Shown: in pieces, positions 24,241 through 36,499 of the stretch
How positions within the stretch are numbered: position 1 is the stretch's first letter
How the letters are laid out: every line of letters starts with the position of its first letter
Assembly: GCF_001447785.1 (NCBI RefSeq)
Contig: NW_015163703.1
Coordinates: 62,001-126,000 of the forward strand
DNA from: Gekko japonicus
Lineage: Eukaryota
Length of the DNA stretch: 64,000 nt
Reading direction: 5' to 3'
Notes under the pieces: generated by a model
What the model was told of the DNA's origin: nothing
The model's database searches: none
What the model saw: the letters and a program-made list of their open reading frames with translations, nothing else
Position numbers and translations under genes: made by a program

Positions 24241-26603
24241 TTTTCTTTTCTTTTTTTCCATAACATTTTTTTATTTTATTTTTATATATAACATTTAAAC
24301 ATATCAATTTTGTCTTTACAATGTATATTAAATTACAAAAATTACAGTTAATAACTTAAAATAAAAATAAATAACTAATCAACCTAAAAACCAACATTGC
24401 AACTGTTCTGAATACATAATCATGGCATTTTCATCATATTGTAATAACTGTGGTTAACAAAAGTTGATTTACTAATAGGATTATTATGTATTCTTTCTAA
24501 ACCAGAATTCAATTTACTAAGAAAACACATGTATGCTTTATATGAATTTTGAACACTAATACCTGTAGAAATCTTATCCATTATAAAATGGTCCCAAACC
24601 TTAGAATACCATAACTTTATAGAGGGAGGGAGTGGGTATTTCCAGAGTTGTGCAACTGAAGTTTTTGCTGCAGTCAAAAGTATAGTAATCAATGCCTTTT
24701 CGGGTTGAGTAATGGTATCAGTAGACCACAGGTTTAAAAGAATACATTCAGGTCTTAGTGGAAGCTTATGGCCTGTCAGACTATGTATATGATTCAAGAT
24801 TCTAGCCCAAAAAGATTTAATAACCCCACAATCCCACCAGCAGTGTTTAAAAGTGCCTAAGATCCCACATTTCTAATAAAGGGGAGAGTAGGATTTTACA
24901 TGGTTTAGTTGAACTGGAGTTGAGTACCAGCGAGACATAAGTTTGTAATTTTGTTGTATAATGTTAATAGGATTGGATTTAAATGCAGGAGAGGACCAAA
25001 TATCTTGCCATTGCTTGTCAGTTAATTGTTTATCAAAAACTTGATGTCGTGCCTTAACATAAGATGGTGGTGATGAAATGTCAAAGTTTAGCAATATTTA
25101 TTTATTTATTTATTTTTCGTATTTATACCCCGCCCTCCCCGTGGGCTCAGGGCGGCTTACAAGGGCAAGGCGAAGCCTTGCCATAATAAAACACAATATA
25201 CATATAATTTAAAAACATACAGTACATATTTTAAAAATCCTAATTTAAACAAAGTGCTCAGTGTCTTCAGAGTCCAAAGATGACGGAACGTATGCCCGAA
25301 GTTCCTGGTAGACGGTTTAAGGCTTCATTCATGTTCAGGTTCAGGTATTTTTCTCAGGGCCTCTTCCAACCCACAGCGATGGTGATATAGTGGGGTCAGG
25401 GCCTCTTCCAACCCACAGCGATGGTGGGTTGAATAAACTTTAGATATAACTCCCTTTAGTCATGAATTATGCATCAATAGAAGTTTTTCAAAATCTGTAA
25501 GGGGTCTAAACAAGCTTTGTTTGATATCTGGTCTACTTAATAAGTTCTGCACTTGCAAATACTCAAACCATGGAATGGGTTGTAGAGTTTTCTTTTCCAA
25601 TTGAGCTTTTGTTAACAATACACCTTTTTTTGTTACTTCATAAAGTTTAAATATAGAAGCTGATCTCCATGTCTGAAATGCTGAGGATGCTTCTGCCGGT
25701 TTGAACCATGGTTGACCTAAAAACGAGGTAGCTGGGGATATTGCCAGAGCTAGAATATGTTTTTTTTAGCATCCTAAGTAGTCGTTAGAGCTTTTACAAA
25801 AAGGTTGTCATAACATTTGTTAAGCATCCTTAGTTGTTAGAGATTTTACAAAAAGGTTGTCATAACATTTGTTGGGACGTTCATTTTTTTTTATCCAAAT
25901 CATTTCCACATAAGTCAGAGAAGAAAAATAACTTGATTCAATATCCATCCATTCTACTTTTGAAGTCACATCTTGTACTCTTGGAAGATTGGATAGAACT
26001 GTGGCTTCATAATAAAGTGTTAAATCTGGAAACGCTATACCACCCAGTTGTTTTGGTCTACGGATTGTTTCAAAACTTATCCTATGGCGTTTGTAGGACC
26101 AGTTAAATTGGTTCAATTTTTTTTGCCATTTCTGTAAATCTTGGCGAGAAATAAAAATGGGTAAAGCTCTAAATAAATATAAAAACTTGGGAAAAATAAA
26201 AGATTTAACTACATATTGTCTTTCTAACCATGATAACATTTCTACATTCCACTTCTTTAATAGGCTCTATGATTCTTGCATTTTCTGTAAATTTACCACA
26301 ATAGAGATCATTAATATTAAGAGGGATTTTCACTCCCAGGTAAGACCAATATGATGTAACTGATTGATATGAATATGTTGCTTTAAGTGCCATTGTCCAT
26401 TCTGGAGATACGTTTAAAGGATAAAAATGGATTTATAACTATTTGTGGTCAAATCTGAATACAGCCCAAATTCTTGTAACATTTTTTCCAACTCTATTAT
26501 TGACCGAAGAGGATCTGAAAGGTATAAAACCAGGTCATCTGCAAAAAGACTAATCTTATATTCAATTTGGTTAATTTTAATGCCCAAGATCCTATCATTA
26601 TTT
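24241..26603 (-). mobile_element. L1 LINE ORF2 3' half, decayed
   Basis: LFADDLV at ~26530-26550, YLGVKIP, FPKFLYLFRALP, LGGIAFPDL, CWWDC zinc-knuckle region, LTAAK..W; poly(A) at 24241. Confidence 0.92.
25095..25430 (-). mobile_element. L2 3' end inserted in L1
   Basis: (TAAA)n tail and the L2-type terminal gtaagccgccctgagccc..gggagggcgggg; internal ~30-bp duplication at 25355-25426. Confidence 0.75.
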
Positions 26604-27853
26604 ACCTGACTTGATCAACCAACCATGTCTGGACTGATTTCACCTAAAGAGCATATACAAAAGACCAGGAAATGAAAATACATGAGGAAACATGACTCCA
26701 TCACCACAGGTACTATACAGCTGCAAAGCCATTTGAGATCGACAGCAGATAGTTATGGTTGCCTATTTTAGAACAGATGGACAATAATCCACTTAGTAAA
26801 AGTGTAAGCCCACACGCCTGCTATGGTGTTTTTATGAACTAAGTTACTGTACCTGATGAAGTGTGCCAACAACAGACTGTGCCAGAAACTGACATGCTGT
26901 GAGCGCCCAATAGGGATATTTACCAAAGACTGTGTTCCTGTAATGGTGGTTTCTCCTGAGGTGTTCCCATGTCCAGCAAACGCCATTTCGTTCTAAGCAC
27001 ATGGCCACAGCAAGCAGCAGACACCATTTTAGACCAAGCACATGGTCACAGAAAGCAGCAAACGCCATCTCAGAACAACCTCCTGGGCCCCCCCTCCCCC
27101 TCGCACCAACGAACAGCACGTACTCACAAAGACCCTATTCAACCTGGCTGCATAGACATGAGTCATCCATCTACATACGAATACCCCTAGCCCAGGTGTC
27201 TTGATTGAGTTAGCCACTAGCTCTCAAATTGCCCGCCATACCCCAGGCCCTCCCAGAGAAATACAGTAGCCAATCCCTGACCTTTTGGCTATGACCGAAC
27301 ACAGCATCACAAGGGGAGGTCTCCTGGCCCCAGCCCCTCCTCTGACCCTCTCTGATATAATCAGAAACACACCTCCAGTTCGGTCTCTTGAGCATTGTAC
27401 CTGAAACCCCCCAGCGCTCTCAAACTACGCCCTCTATTTAACCTGCTTTACCCTTCAATCCAGCTTTCTATCCCAAATCCTTCCCATACCTCTCTTTGTT
27501 CTAGCAGTGCACAGCTAGAATGTCTTAGCACGTGGTCTTAGCTGGTCTGAGTCCATTTGCTATTCTTTTCCATTTTCTCCCAATCCTTACCCCTTCGCTT
27601 GAAGTTTGGAGCCACGCAGGAGCAGCTAGGTAATTATACCCCAAAGCATCAACCAAAGTTACCTGCAAATTGCAACTGTGCTGAATTATTCTCTCTTTAT
27701 TTCTTAGTTCTTGTGTGTTGTGATTGTTGTGTGTTATTGTGTGAAGTGAGCCAGTAAACTATAATTATTTTAAGGAAGTCTGCCTCAGTCTCTTATTGGA
27801 ACCTCAGAAACAGCAGCATCCTCCGTAAACCATAGACGGTGAATCCCGATAAA
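26604..27853 (+). mobile_element. ERV-like LTR, probably 5'-truncated
   Basis: ~41-bp tandem repeats (26973-27075), TATA-like tatttaa at ~27435 and AGTAAA at ~27753 give a U3-R-U5-like layout. Termini are not clean. Confidence 0.5.
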
Positions 27854-27859
27854 CTGTTC

Positions 27860-28121
27860 CAATTGTTTTTCTTTGAGAGCAATTCAGCTAACAAAAGTTC
27901 TTTTAAATTACATAGTAGTTACTAGTTTATGAGGTCATTGTAAGATTGATTGGATGGTCTAAATGATCTACTTCTTGATTTAGAAGGTACTTGTTTTTAT
28001 CATTTTTCTTTTTTCACCATACAACTTGGAACTAATGTTGTTATTATTGTTGTTATTGTTTGTAACCTTTTTTGTAGGTTTGTTGTTTTCATGGAAAAAA
28101 TAAAATAGTTTATTTAAAAAA
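27860..28121 (+). mobile_element. L1-type 3' end
   Basis: T-rich 3' UTR, AATAAA and A-rich tail. Confidence 0.5.
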
Positions 28122-28439
28122 TAGATAGGAGGTTTCACTCATGCATGATTGTGGCTGACATGTCCCTACTGAAGTTGTTTGCTGTGAAGTTTATGGTATC
28201 CCTAACTGCAGCATGATGAGTAGCTCTAACAACTGTGCTTACTTTGAAAAACAACAACACTACTCTTCATAAGAATGATCTGAAGTTCAGTTTCAGCCAC
28301 TGGTACTAGAACAAAAAATGTGTTCTAACTACTTGTGTTTTTTCTTCCTTTTTTGAGCCCCTCAACTTTTCTATCATTACTTTTCTAAATAATTTTAAAA
28401 TACTAGTTCTTGGTATTCAATATCTATTGATTCAAGGGA

Positions 28440-29980
28440 TAATGAATTGGTGGTAATAAAAAAATGAAGGAGGGGAAAAGAGTGTACCATACCCACATTA
28501 ACCAGGCATTGAAATGATGAAGTCAAGGACTAAAATGAAAACAAGCAAATAGCTGGAGATGGTAAATTGATCAACACTGGGAAAAAATAAAAAAATAACA
28601 TTGGCCAATCGAATGGCAGAAGACAAAATAATTACTCCATATTTAAAGCAGAGAACTTTTTGGATAGACATGGTAAAGATCTTGGACTACAGGAAGAAGA
28701 CTATGGTGGTACAGATGAAGAAAATCAAGAACATGAACTAGAAGGAACTAAAAAGAAACCAGAATGAAGAGGGAGAAAAAGAACAGAAATCATAGCTTCA
28801 CGAATTATGACTAGATTCCAACAAAGAAACAAGACAAGAGAAAACAATAACAAGGAAGATGGTGACCAAAAGAAATAAAATCCTTTCCATTAATGTAAAC
28901 AGTTTAAATGGCCCTCAAAAGAGGAAAAGAACTCTTCATCAAATCTATAAACTACAGGCAGACGTAACATGTCTACAGGAGACCCATATTAAAAAACCTT
29001 AAGTATTTGTCATGTAAGAAGTTAAGAAAACTCTATCCAGCAACAGACACCAAGAAGAAAAGAGGAGTGGCAATATATGTGAAAAAATACCTCCATCCTG
29101 AACTAATATATGAATCAGAGGATGGAAGAATACGGCTATTAGAATTCAGAAACAAACAAAAAAGATGTTACTAGTTAATATATGCGTGCCAAATCTAAAC
29201 CAGGACACGTTCTACACTCTTCTGCACGAGATGATTGCAAAGCAAGTTTTTTATGAACTATGTATTATAGGAGACTACAATGCTGTTTTTGATGAAAAAA
29301 TAGGTAGCAAAACACAATTAAATAAACAAAAAGCAGGAAATGTTCTTTCTAGAGCCTTCCTTCAATTAGTTGAGGAATTTAATTTAATTAACTCATGAAG
29401 AACTAGAAATATAGATACGAAAGACTTTACTTTTTTCAGCAAGACATCATTCATGGTCTAGAATTGATATGGCATGGATTACAACAACTATGGTTAATGA
29501 CCTATTAGAAACAGAGATATTGCATAACACTTTCGTGGATCATAACCCATTGGTCTTGACTTTGCAAGACACCCAAAGAAAGAATAGATGGACTCTCAAT
29601 ACAGAATTACTAAAGGATATCAAATTTGTAAAAGAAGAATTTTTTTACATGAAACATTCAACCAGAGATACATATTGATATAGTCTGGGATGCATTCAAA
29701 GCCTTTATACATGGTTGGTTCATTAACCGAAATGCATGGGGGAAAAGAGAAAAGAAAATGCAATACGAAACTTTGGTGCAACAAATTAAAAAAGGAAAGG
29801 AAAGAAAAATATGGATACAGAAAAATCAAAAATAAAAATAAAAATGTTACAACATCAACTAAATTTTTTTGCTATCTCAGGAGTTAGGGGGAAAATGGAA
29901 TATACAAAACAATACTATTTCGATAATGCTAACAAGCCGACGAGATTGTTGGTTTATAGATTAAGTGGAAAAAAGATTAA
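28440..29980 (+). mobile_element. L1 LINE: ORF1 end and ORF2 APE endonuclease, 3'-truncated
   Basis: ILSINVNSLN, CLQETH, KKRGVAIY, IIGDYN, SRIDMAW, DHNP, W.LN and YFDNANK motifs across frameshifts. Confidence 0.9.
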
Positions 29981-29989
29981 GTAATACTG

Positions 29990-31980
29990 GAAATGATATC
30001 AAATAGTTTACATTGAGGCAGATCGAGCTGTGCATGATACCTATGATTTCAGATCAGGGAAGGAGGAGGAGGAGGAGAAGAACCTACTGAATATAGCACT
30101 GAGAGGAATAAATACAATTCCTGGAACTTATTGCAGCAATTCACTTTTGGGCACAATAGAATTCAGCAAGCATGTAAGTTTATGGTTATAAGCTTACGGC
30201 TTATAAAAGTGAAACAGTAGTCATACTTCAGCAGCGTTATGCTCATAAACAGTGCTTCCCACGCATCATCAGGAATGACCTGTCTAATATTAAATTCCTT
30301 AATAAGACAGTGCTATTTAAGGAAGTTGTCCTATCACCAACCAGGTCCTCCTGGTGCAATATCAAAAGGAATATGCATTTGTGTTCTTTTTTAATCAACT
30401 TGCTTTGCAGATTTGACACCCCTTTGCCCCCCCAGGCGGAATAACGAGACAAACAGTTTGGAAGTAAACAAGGGCCACTTTATTAACTATTTAACATAAC
30501 ATTGCGGCAAGGGACCAGCTAAGCAAGCACGGAACAGGCAAGGCAGGTGTCACAACCCTGACCAACCTCCTTGCCCTTTTCTCGGGCGGGTCACCCAGCT
30601 CTGGTCTAGAGCCATCGTTCTGGCTCATGACCAGCAGCCCAGCAAACTGGTTGCCACCTAGGAGCGCCTACCCCTGAAGCCTTCCAACTTGCAGAGAGGA
30701 GCATACCCTAAGAGGTTCCCAGAGGAGGTGATCACCATTCCCCACCATGGACCTTAGAAATCCGAAGGCAGTTCCTGATGACCCCCTGTTCCCAAATGGG
30801 GAAAATGCCGTAAGGTGCTCACTGGTTCCGGTTTCTTGCCCGCACCAACCTGCCAAGTGACCAGCCTATTTAGGTGTCAACCACCACAACCAACTATCCG
30901 CTCCACTGCTCCCAGTGCAAGGTAGGCAAAAAAAACCCTCCACCCATTTAGCCAATACTGGGTAGAAGCGAAAAATTCCTACCTGGCCCCAATAGGCAAC
31001 CAGCCGTAGCCTACACTAAGAACAGGGCGGGAGGGTGGGCGAGCACATCAGAGCAACTGTCGTTTGGCGAGAGCGGAGCCTGGCAGTTTATCTAAGCCGA
31101 CTTTGCCCCCTGCCCACATCACGATGCAAGGCTGCCCGGTGTTGCCGGGTCGCCAAGAGCTTCGTTTCCTTCTGTCCTAGATCCATTTCTGTCTTCTTGC
31201 ATGGTGCAATGCTTTTAATGAAAAACACTTTTAGAGGGGGAACAGGTGTCTAACTCACAATTTCTGGTGCTCTGTATCCCAGTGAAATTGGTGACCTATA
31301 CCTGGAAGTTTATAACAACTCAATAAATATGTTAATTCTAGAGCCTTTTGAAAACTGGGAGTGTTTATAGAGGTAAGGTTTGAATAAGCCCTTTGTTACA
31401 CATGCTATTGGCTCTATGGAATGTGGAACACCTAATCCATTAAATTAAAGGTGCCCTTTCAACATTTTATTCCTCCTCTTCAGTAGTAGTTTGAGGAGGC
31501 ATACCTGTGTATACACTGCAAACTCTTTGCATTCTTGAATGTGGGTATGTGAAATTTTTCTGAGAGAAAGCTGGTTCAGATCATCAGACTGCATAAAGCA
31601 GAACTAGCAAATCTACCCTCACAGCTCTGCCCTCATTGTACCCTAATGTATGGATAAAATCACTGCATTATATACAAAATGGTTGTTGATGCTTTGAGGA
31701 TACAACAAGAGGTTCAAGGTTACAGCATCTTCAACTACAGTAGCACTCACATTTAGTAAGAAGGGAAGTCTCATTCTCTTCTAGAATTGAGCTACAGTGA
31801 GATCTGGACTGAGCTTCTTTTTGCAGACCCTGTTCCAAGGGGCAGAAGGAAAGGAAAACAGACTAAATAAATTGTTGGGGGAGAAAAGGCCACAGCTTTA
31901 TTGGCTACAGTTGACAGAGGCTTGGTGTAGCATGGGGCAGAGGATCCAAGCATTGGCCAACTTACCTGTAGACCAATGAC
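29990..31980 (+). pseudogene. Decayed viral accessory gene resembling foamy-virus bel2/Bet (candidate endogenous foamy virus remnant), split by the insertion at 30413-31163
   Basis: Rebuilt core 31165-31756: MLLMKNTFRGGTGV*LTISGALYPSEIGDLYLEVYNNSINMLILEPFE/KLGVF..LCYTCYWLYG..AYLCIHCKLF..QLCPHCTLMYG*NHCIIYKM. dUTPase-like spacing plus three CxxC. The similarity to Bet is from recall, not from a search; outer boundaries are uncertain. Confidence 0.55.
30413..31163 (-). mobile_element. Non-coding ~0.75-kb retroelement, probably non-autonomous Ngaro/DIRS-like, copy 1
   Basis: Highly similar inverted copy at 40382-41180. Has cccaccctcccgccc and aataaagtggccc motifs. No TG..CA ends and no TSD seen. 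Confidence 0.65.
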
Positions 31981-32237
31981 ACACAACACCCCAGCCCGCC
32001 TGCTGAGGAATACCATGGGATGGCAGGATGTGGGTTTCCACATGGGCACAAGCCACTGTGTGGTGTCCCCTGCCACTTGACAGTGAGGGCATCCTGACAG
32101 CCCCTGTGGTGGGCCTGTTCCATACAAGCCCTCACTCCAAAATTACTTAAGGGGATTCCTGAAGAGGTGGAAATGAGGCATGCAGGCTATGTCTCCCCTC
32201 AGATGGATGCTGCCTAATGCTAATGCCAGTTTGGTGT

Positions 32238-32610
32238 GAGAGCCAGTTTGGTATAGTGGTTAAGAGTGTGGGCTCTAATCTGGGAGAACCTGGTTTGATT
32301 CCCCACTTCTCCACATGCAACTGCTGGTATGACCTTGGGTCAGCCACAAGTTCTTTCAAAGCTGTTCTTTCAAGAGCAGTTCTTGAAGTAGCTGTCTCAG
32401 CCCCACCTACCTCACAGGGTATCTGTCGTGGGGACAGGAATAGAAAGGAGATTGTAAGCTGCTCTGAGACTCGGAGTAAAAGGTGAGGTACAAATCCAAT
32501 CTCTTACTCCTACTCCTCCTCCTCCTCCTCCTCTTCTCCTACTCCACTTCCTTCTATCCTCCTCCTCCTCCTCCTCCTCCTCCTCTTCTTCTCCTCCTCC
32601 TTCTCTTCTA
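32238..32610 (+). mobile_element. Squam3-type SINE, full length, with (CCT)n tail
   Basis: tRNA-like A/B boxes (tggtatagtggtt; ggtttgattccc), CORE-like body and L2-like 3' end. Confidence 0.9.
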
Positions 32611-32671
32611 ATACAGCCATAAGAGGCAGGCAAGGAACCTGCCTGGCTCCTGACAAAGCTCCTACAGCTTT

Positions 32672-33146
32672 GGGAATATTGAACTGAAATACTGTTCCAC
32701 TGAGCAAATTATTGCAGATATCCTTACCAAATCAGTTCCTCATGACAAATTTGAGATTCTGTGAAGAAGAATAAATCTTGTGGACTAGCACAATGGACCT
32801 TGAGAAAGGGTGTTGGAATATGCAAGGTCTATAGTGCAGCCTATGAGAAAGATCTGAAAATCATCCCACGGGGGACAGCTGAAGGAATTGTAGTTAGCAT
32901 AGCTAGACTAGGAACTTCCCACTTTTTCAAATTGTGTCATTGCTGTCTCTTAATTGGCTCTTCTGGAGACTTCCTGCTAATGTAGAGCTTCCTGTTGCTC
33001 TTTGTTACTTTTACAGTAATTAGACTGGTTAGTTTAGGCTTTCTCTCTGTATGTTCTAGAACAGTTTGTTCTTCTATAATAAACCTACTTATTTTTCTCT
33101 AAACAGTCAGTGCTCCACTTTTTTGCATAGTTCAACTCTGCCAACA
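32672..33146 (+). mobile_element. Copia LTR retrotransposon 3' end (RNase H terminus, PPT, LTR)
   Basis: GNIELKYCSTEQIIADILTKSVP (Copia RNase H ADILTK motif), PPT ttgagaaaggg, LTR TGTTGG...CCAACA at 32811-33146 with AATAAA. Confidence 0.88.
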
Positions 33147-33410
33147 AAAACTAGGTCAGAAGATGTGAGGAGTGTGAGGGCCAGAGGTACAATGCGAACT
33201 GTAATAATCTTGATTAAAGCTAGGAGACATAAAGGTTACTATTTAAAAGAAGAAACCACAAACCCATAATATCTATAGCCAATAATTCCCAAATTAAACC
33301 TTTGAAAATCATTGCTCTCTCAACACACTGGAAGTCTTGAAATGAATAAAGTGACATCTGCTGTATCCCTCTGTCCTCTCTAGACCCTCACCTGCTTTCT
33401 AGAAGGCCCC

Positions 33411-33490
33411 TTGTAAGCCGCCCTGAGCCCGCTTGCGGGGAAGGCGGGGTAAAAATGCTTAAATAAATAAATAAATAAATAAAAATAAAT
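33411..33490 (+). mobile_element. Very short L2 3' tail
   Basis: ttgtaagccgccctgagcccgcttgcggggaaggcgggg followed by (TAAA)n. Confidence 0.75.
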
Positions 33491-33673
33491 CTGGTGGCAG
33501 GAGCAGATGGCAGTCCATGGACATCCCCCAGGCTATGCAGAGGACTTCAGTAATGATGGCAGCATGAGGCAGTGGTAAGAAGGGGTGATGGCTAGGAAGA
33601 TGGCTTCAGGCAGTACCCAACTTGCTTTTCCTGCAGCCACACAGCAGTTGCTATGAACTAATTTTTAAAGCAC

Positions 33674-33889
33674 TATGGTTGCCAAACTCCATGTGAGGCC
33701 CGGAGATCTCCTGGAATGACAATTGATCTCCAGACTATATAAATCAGTTTCCCTGAGGGAAATTGTTGCTCTGGATGATTGCTCTATAGCATAATATCCC
33801 CCCGAGATCCCTCCCCTCCCCAAACCCTATTCTCCCAGGGTCCACTTCCAAATCCTCAGGAATTTCTCAGTCTGGAGATGGCAATTCTA
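33674..33889. mobile_element. hAT-like MITE (TAGGGTTGCCA-type TIR); a related inverted fragment starts at 52178
   Basis: Degenerate TIRs tatggttgcca / tggcaattcta; internal homology with 52178-52256. Confidence 0.65.
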
Positions 33890-36499
33890 TGTAGAACACA
33901 GTCAATCTCCCCCTTCCCTCAAAGTATAATATGAGCAAATTACTATAAAGATTCCAGTTCAAATGTTTAGCGTCTTTTTGTTGAGAAAAAATGTGTTGGA
34001 GAAAAGTTACCTGTGACGGTAGGTGACATAATTTGGACCTCTTTCATTTTGAACTCGAGACTTCTCTGAAATGACTGTGCTAGGCATATGGAGATAAAGG
34101 TGTTTAATAGATAAATGGACAGCACAAGCACAAATATCTTGATCAATTACTGCTGGCCTGACCTTGAAGTCCTAATTATTAAATAGTTTTATACTATTTG
34201 GCGCTCAGATGACACTGATTCATCAGTCTCATTAGATCACCTTTTCCCAAGGCATTTTTCAGTAAATGAATAGCAATTTTGCTTGCCTACAGTTCCCCTG
34301 GTGTACATGGCTGCTTATATAGATTATGCAGTGTCTTTGTTCAGAGTATTAAAATTCATCATTCAGATGTAGCAAATAGCTATAAGCATGTGGTCATTTA
34401 TTTTACTCTAAGTGGTTCTATTTGTCACCTCAGTTAGACTTCACTAGGAGGAGAAAATCCCTATGCATTGCATGCTTGTCTGCAAAATGAGGTACTGAAA
34501 CCCAACTATGACAATTTTTCTGTGAAGAACTGAAAATAGATGATGTTAATTTCCTACTGAGATATGAATCTGCAAGCACTGGAGATACTTTCTTTCTTTA
34601 ATATAACACATAAGTAAGAATGATGGAGTCAATGAATGCACAAAAATATTATTATATGATATCCAAAGAGCTACTTTAGGTACATAAGGGCTTGTGTTAG
34701 CCCAGATGGATCTTTGACTTCTTTTTTCTTTGATGACAAGGGTTCTTCTTAAAGTCCCTTCAATTTCATATATGTTTTTTCTGTAGCCCTGAACATATGT
34801 TATAATGGACACATGTACAACATGCATGTATGTGTGTAAACTGTAAGAAAGAACCAATGCAAGTTCACTTTACATATGAAACTAGAACCAATGAAAGTTC
34901 ACTTTACATATGAAACTGGGAACCACTACCTGGATAAATGTGGGTTAAATCACACATTCAGCTGTATATGCAATAAATGTAACACAAGAATTGCTCAGTG
35001 CACACTGAAACAAAAATCATATGTACCCTGTATATGGATTGTACATATGATTAAGTTCATATGTACTCGTTGTATGGATTAAGTTCAGAGTTACCTCTGC
35101 TCTTGTCAGCACCATGATCAACTGTTTAAGACATTTATGATATCTAGCAATTTTGTCTCTGGCATGACCTGAACACACAACATGAGGATAGTTTAATTCA
35201 CACATTATTATGCAACTTTCTCCACTGTTTTTCTCATTTCTTTCTCCATCTCAAGATCACTCATGACTCTCTCCCTGTACTACCTGCCAGCCTATTTGTA
35301 CAAAGCATGATTTATACAACCTTTGTATCAGGTAGGCAAATCACCATGCAGCCAAATCACCCATCACAGACCCATCTCTGTATGTTCCTAGGGACTGAAC
35401 ATCCCACTAAAAATAGTTTCCCACCTCAACCCCAGAGAGGCACCCAGGTTTTGAGAGGATACTGATTTGTCAAGTGAGGATGCTACCCTTCCAAGGGGCA
35501 ACTTTCCTCTACCTTCAGCTGGATGTTCCCCTACCCTGAGATTATCTCTCTTCATGAAAATCTATCAGTTTGAGAGTGGGACACCTCTGGCACATTCCTG
35601 CATGTATTGTCTACATACCTTTCTTCCTCATCTGCCTCTTAATGTCATTCCAGTTGTGCTATGATGGTAGCATCTATCAGTAGTGCTTTCTACCCCAAGC
35701 TAGGATAATAAACTGTGGTGATTAAACAAAGGGAAGGAATAATACTACCTGATACTCTTTCATGTAGTAGATATATTTTCTGCCTTGAACTTGCAAATTA
35801 AACTTTCTCTAGACTGGCTCAAGCCTAACCTGTTATCTTCATCTTAAACACTTTGAGCCTAACTTAGATCTAGGTCTAGCTGTACCTGGTATGTTTGAAC
35901 TGCTACAGCACAAGTGAGAAAATGCTATTGAATTACTTCCTTGGCCTTCAGTTATTAATGCACTATGCTAATTATTCAAACTGTAAAATTTATGATCTTT
36001 TGATCATAATAAATCTTGTCAAATATTAAAATGTTAAAACTATAAAATTAAGTACCATTTTCTTGTACAATCCAGTCAGCACAACTAAACTGTAGTCTAG
36101 GTCAGGAAAATATAGCTACCAGTAGTTCTGAGATGACCTTCTTTTCTCCAGTGATTTCTGTATTAACATTTTTCCCCAAGATGAAATAGTTTCCCCCTCC
36201 AATTGTCATTTTATCAACCATATTAAATTGTAAATATTCCTCAGATACATCCTACCCAGTTTTTATGAATACAGAGATTATGTTACCATAAATTTCTGTT
36301 ATGTTCTTTTTTATATAGTTCATTTTAAAGGATGGCCTCAACAGAGATTAGATTATGATAGATGTATTAAAACACAGGTTATCATTGTGCCTGTTTCTTT
36401 CCTTTTATATCCCTTTTATGAAAATGTGTCATTGAGAGCTGGAGAAGTGCAATGGGGTTACATTTGGGAGATTGGTCTCACATCCTCATTACCTCACAA

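Noticed and set aside
31500-31650. Papillomavirus E6/E7-type zinc domain
   Set aside because: The CxxC pairs are 36 residues apart rather than 29, and the upstream dUTPase-like segment fits a Bet-like gene better.
32238-32310. tRNA genes at SINE heads
   Set aside because: A/B boxes are present but no complete cloverleaf; they continue into SINE bodies.
32412-32707. Poly-Glu and poly-Arg ORFs
   Set aside because: They derive from the (CCT)n SINE tail.
34850-34917. 34-bp tandem duplication (also ~52 bp at 25768-25873)
   Set aside because: Ordinary local slippage duplications with no further structure.
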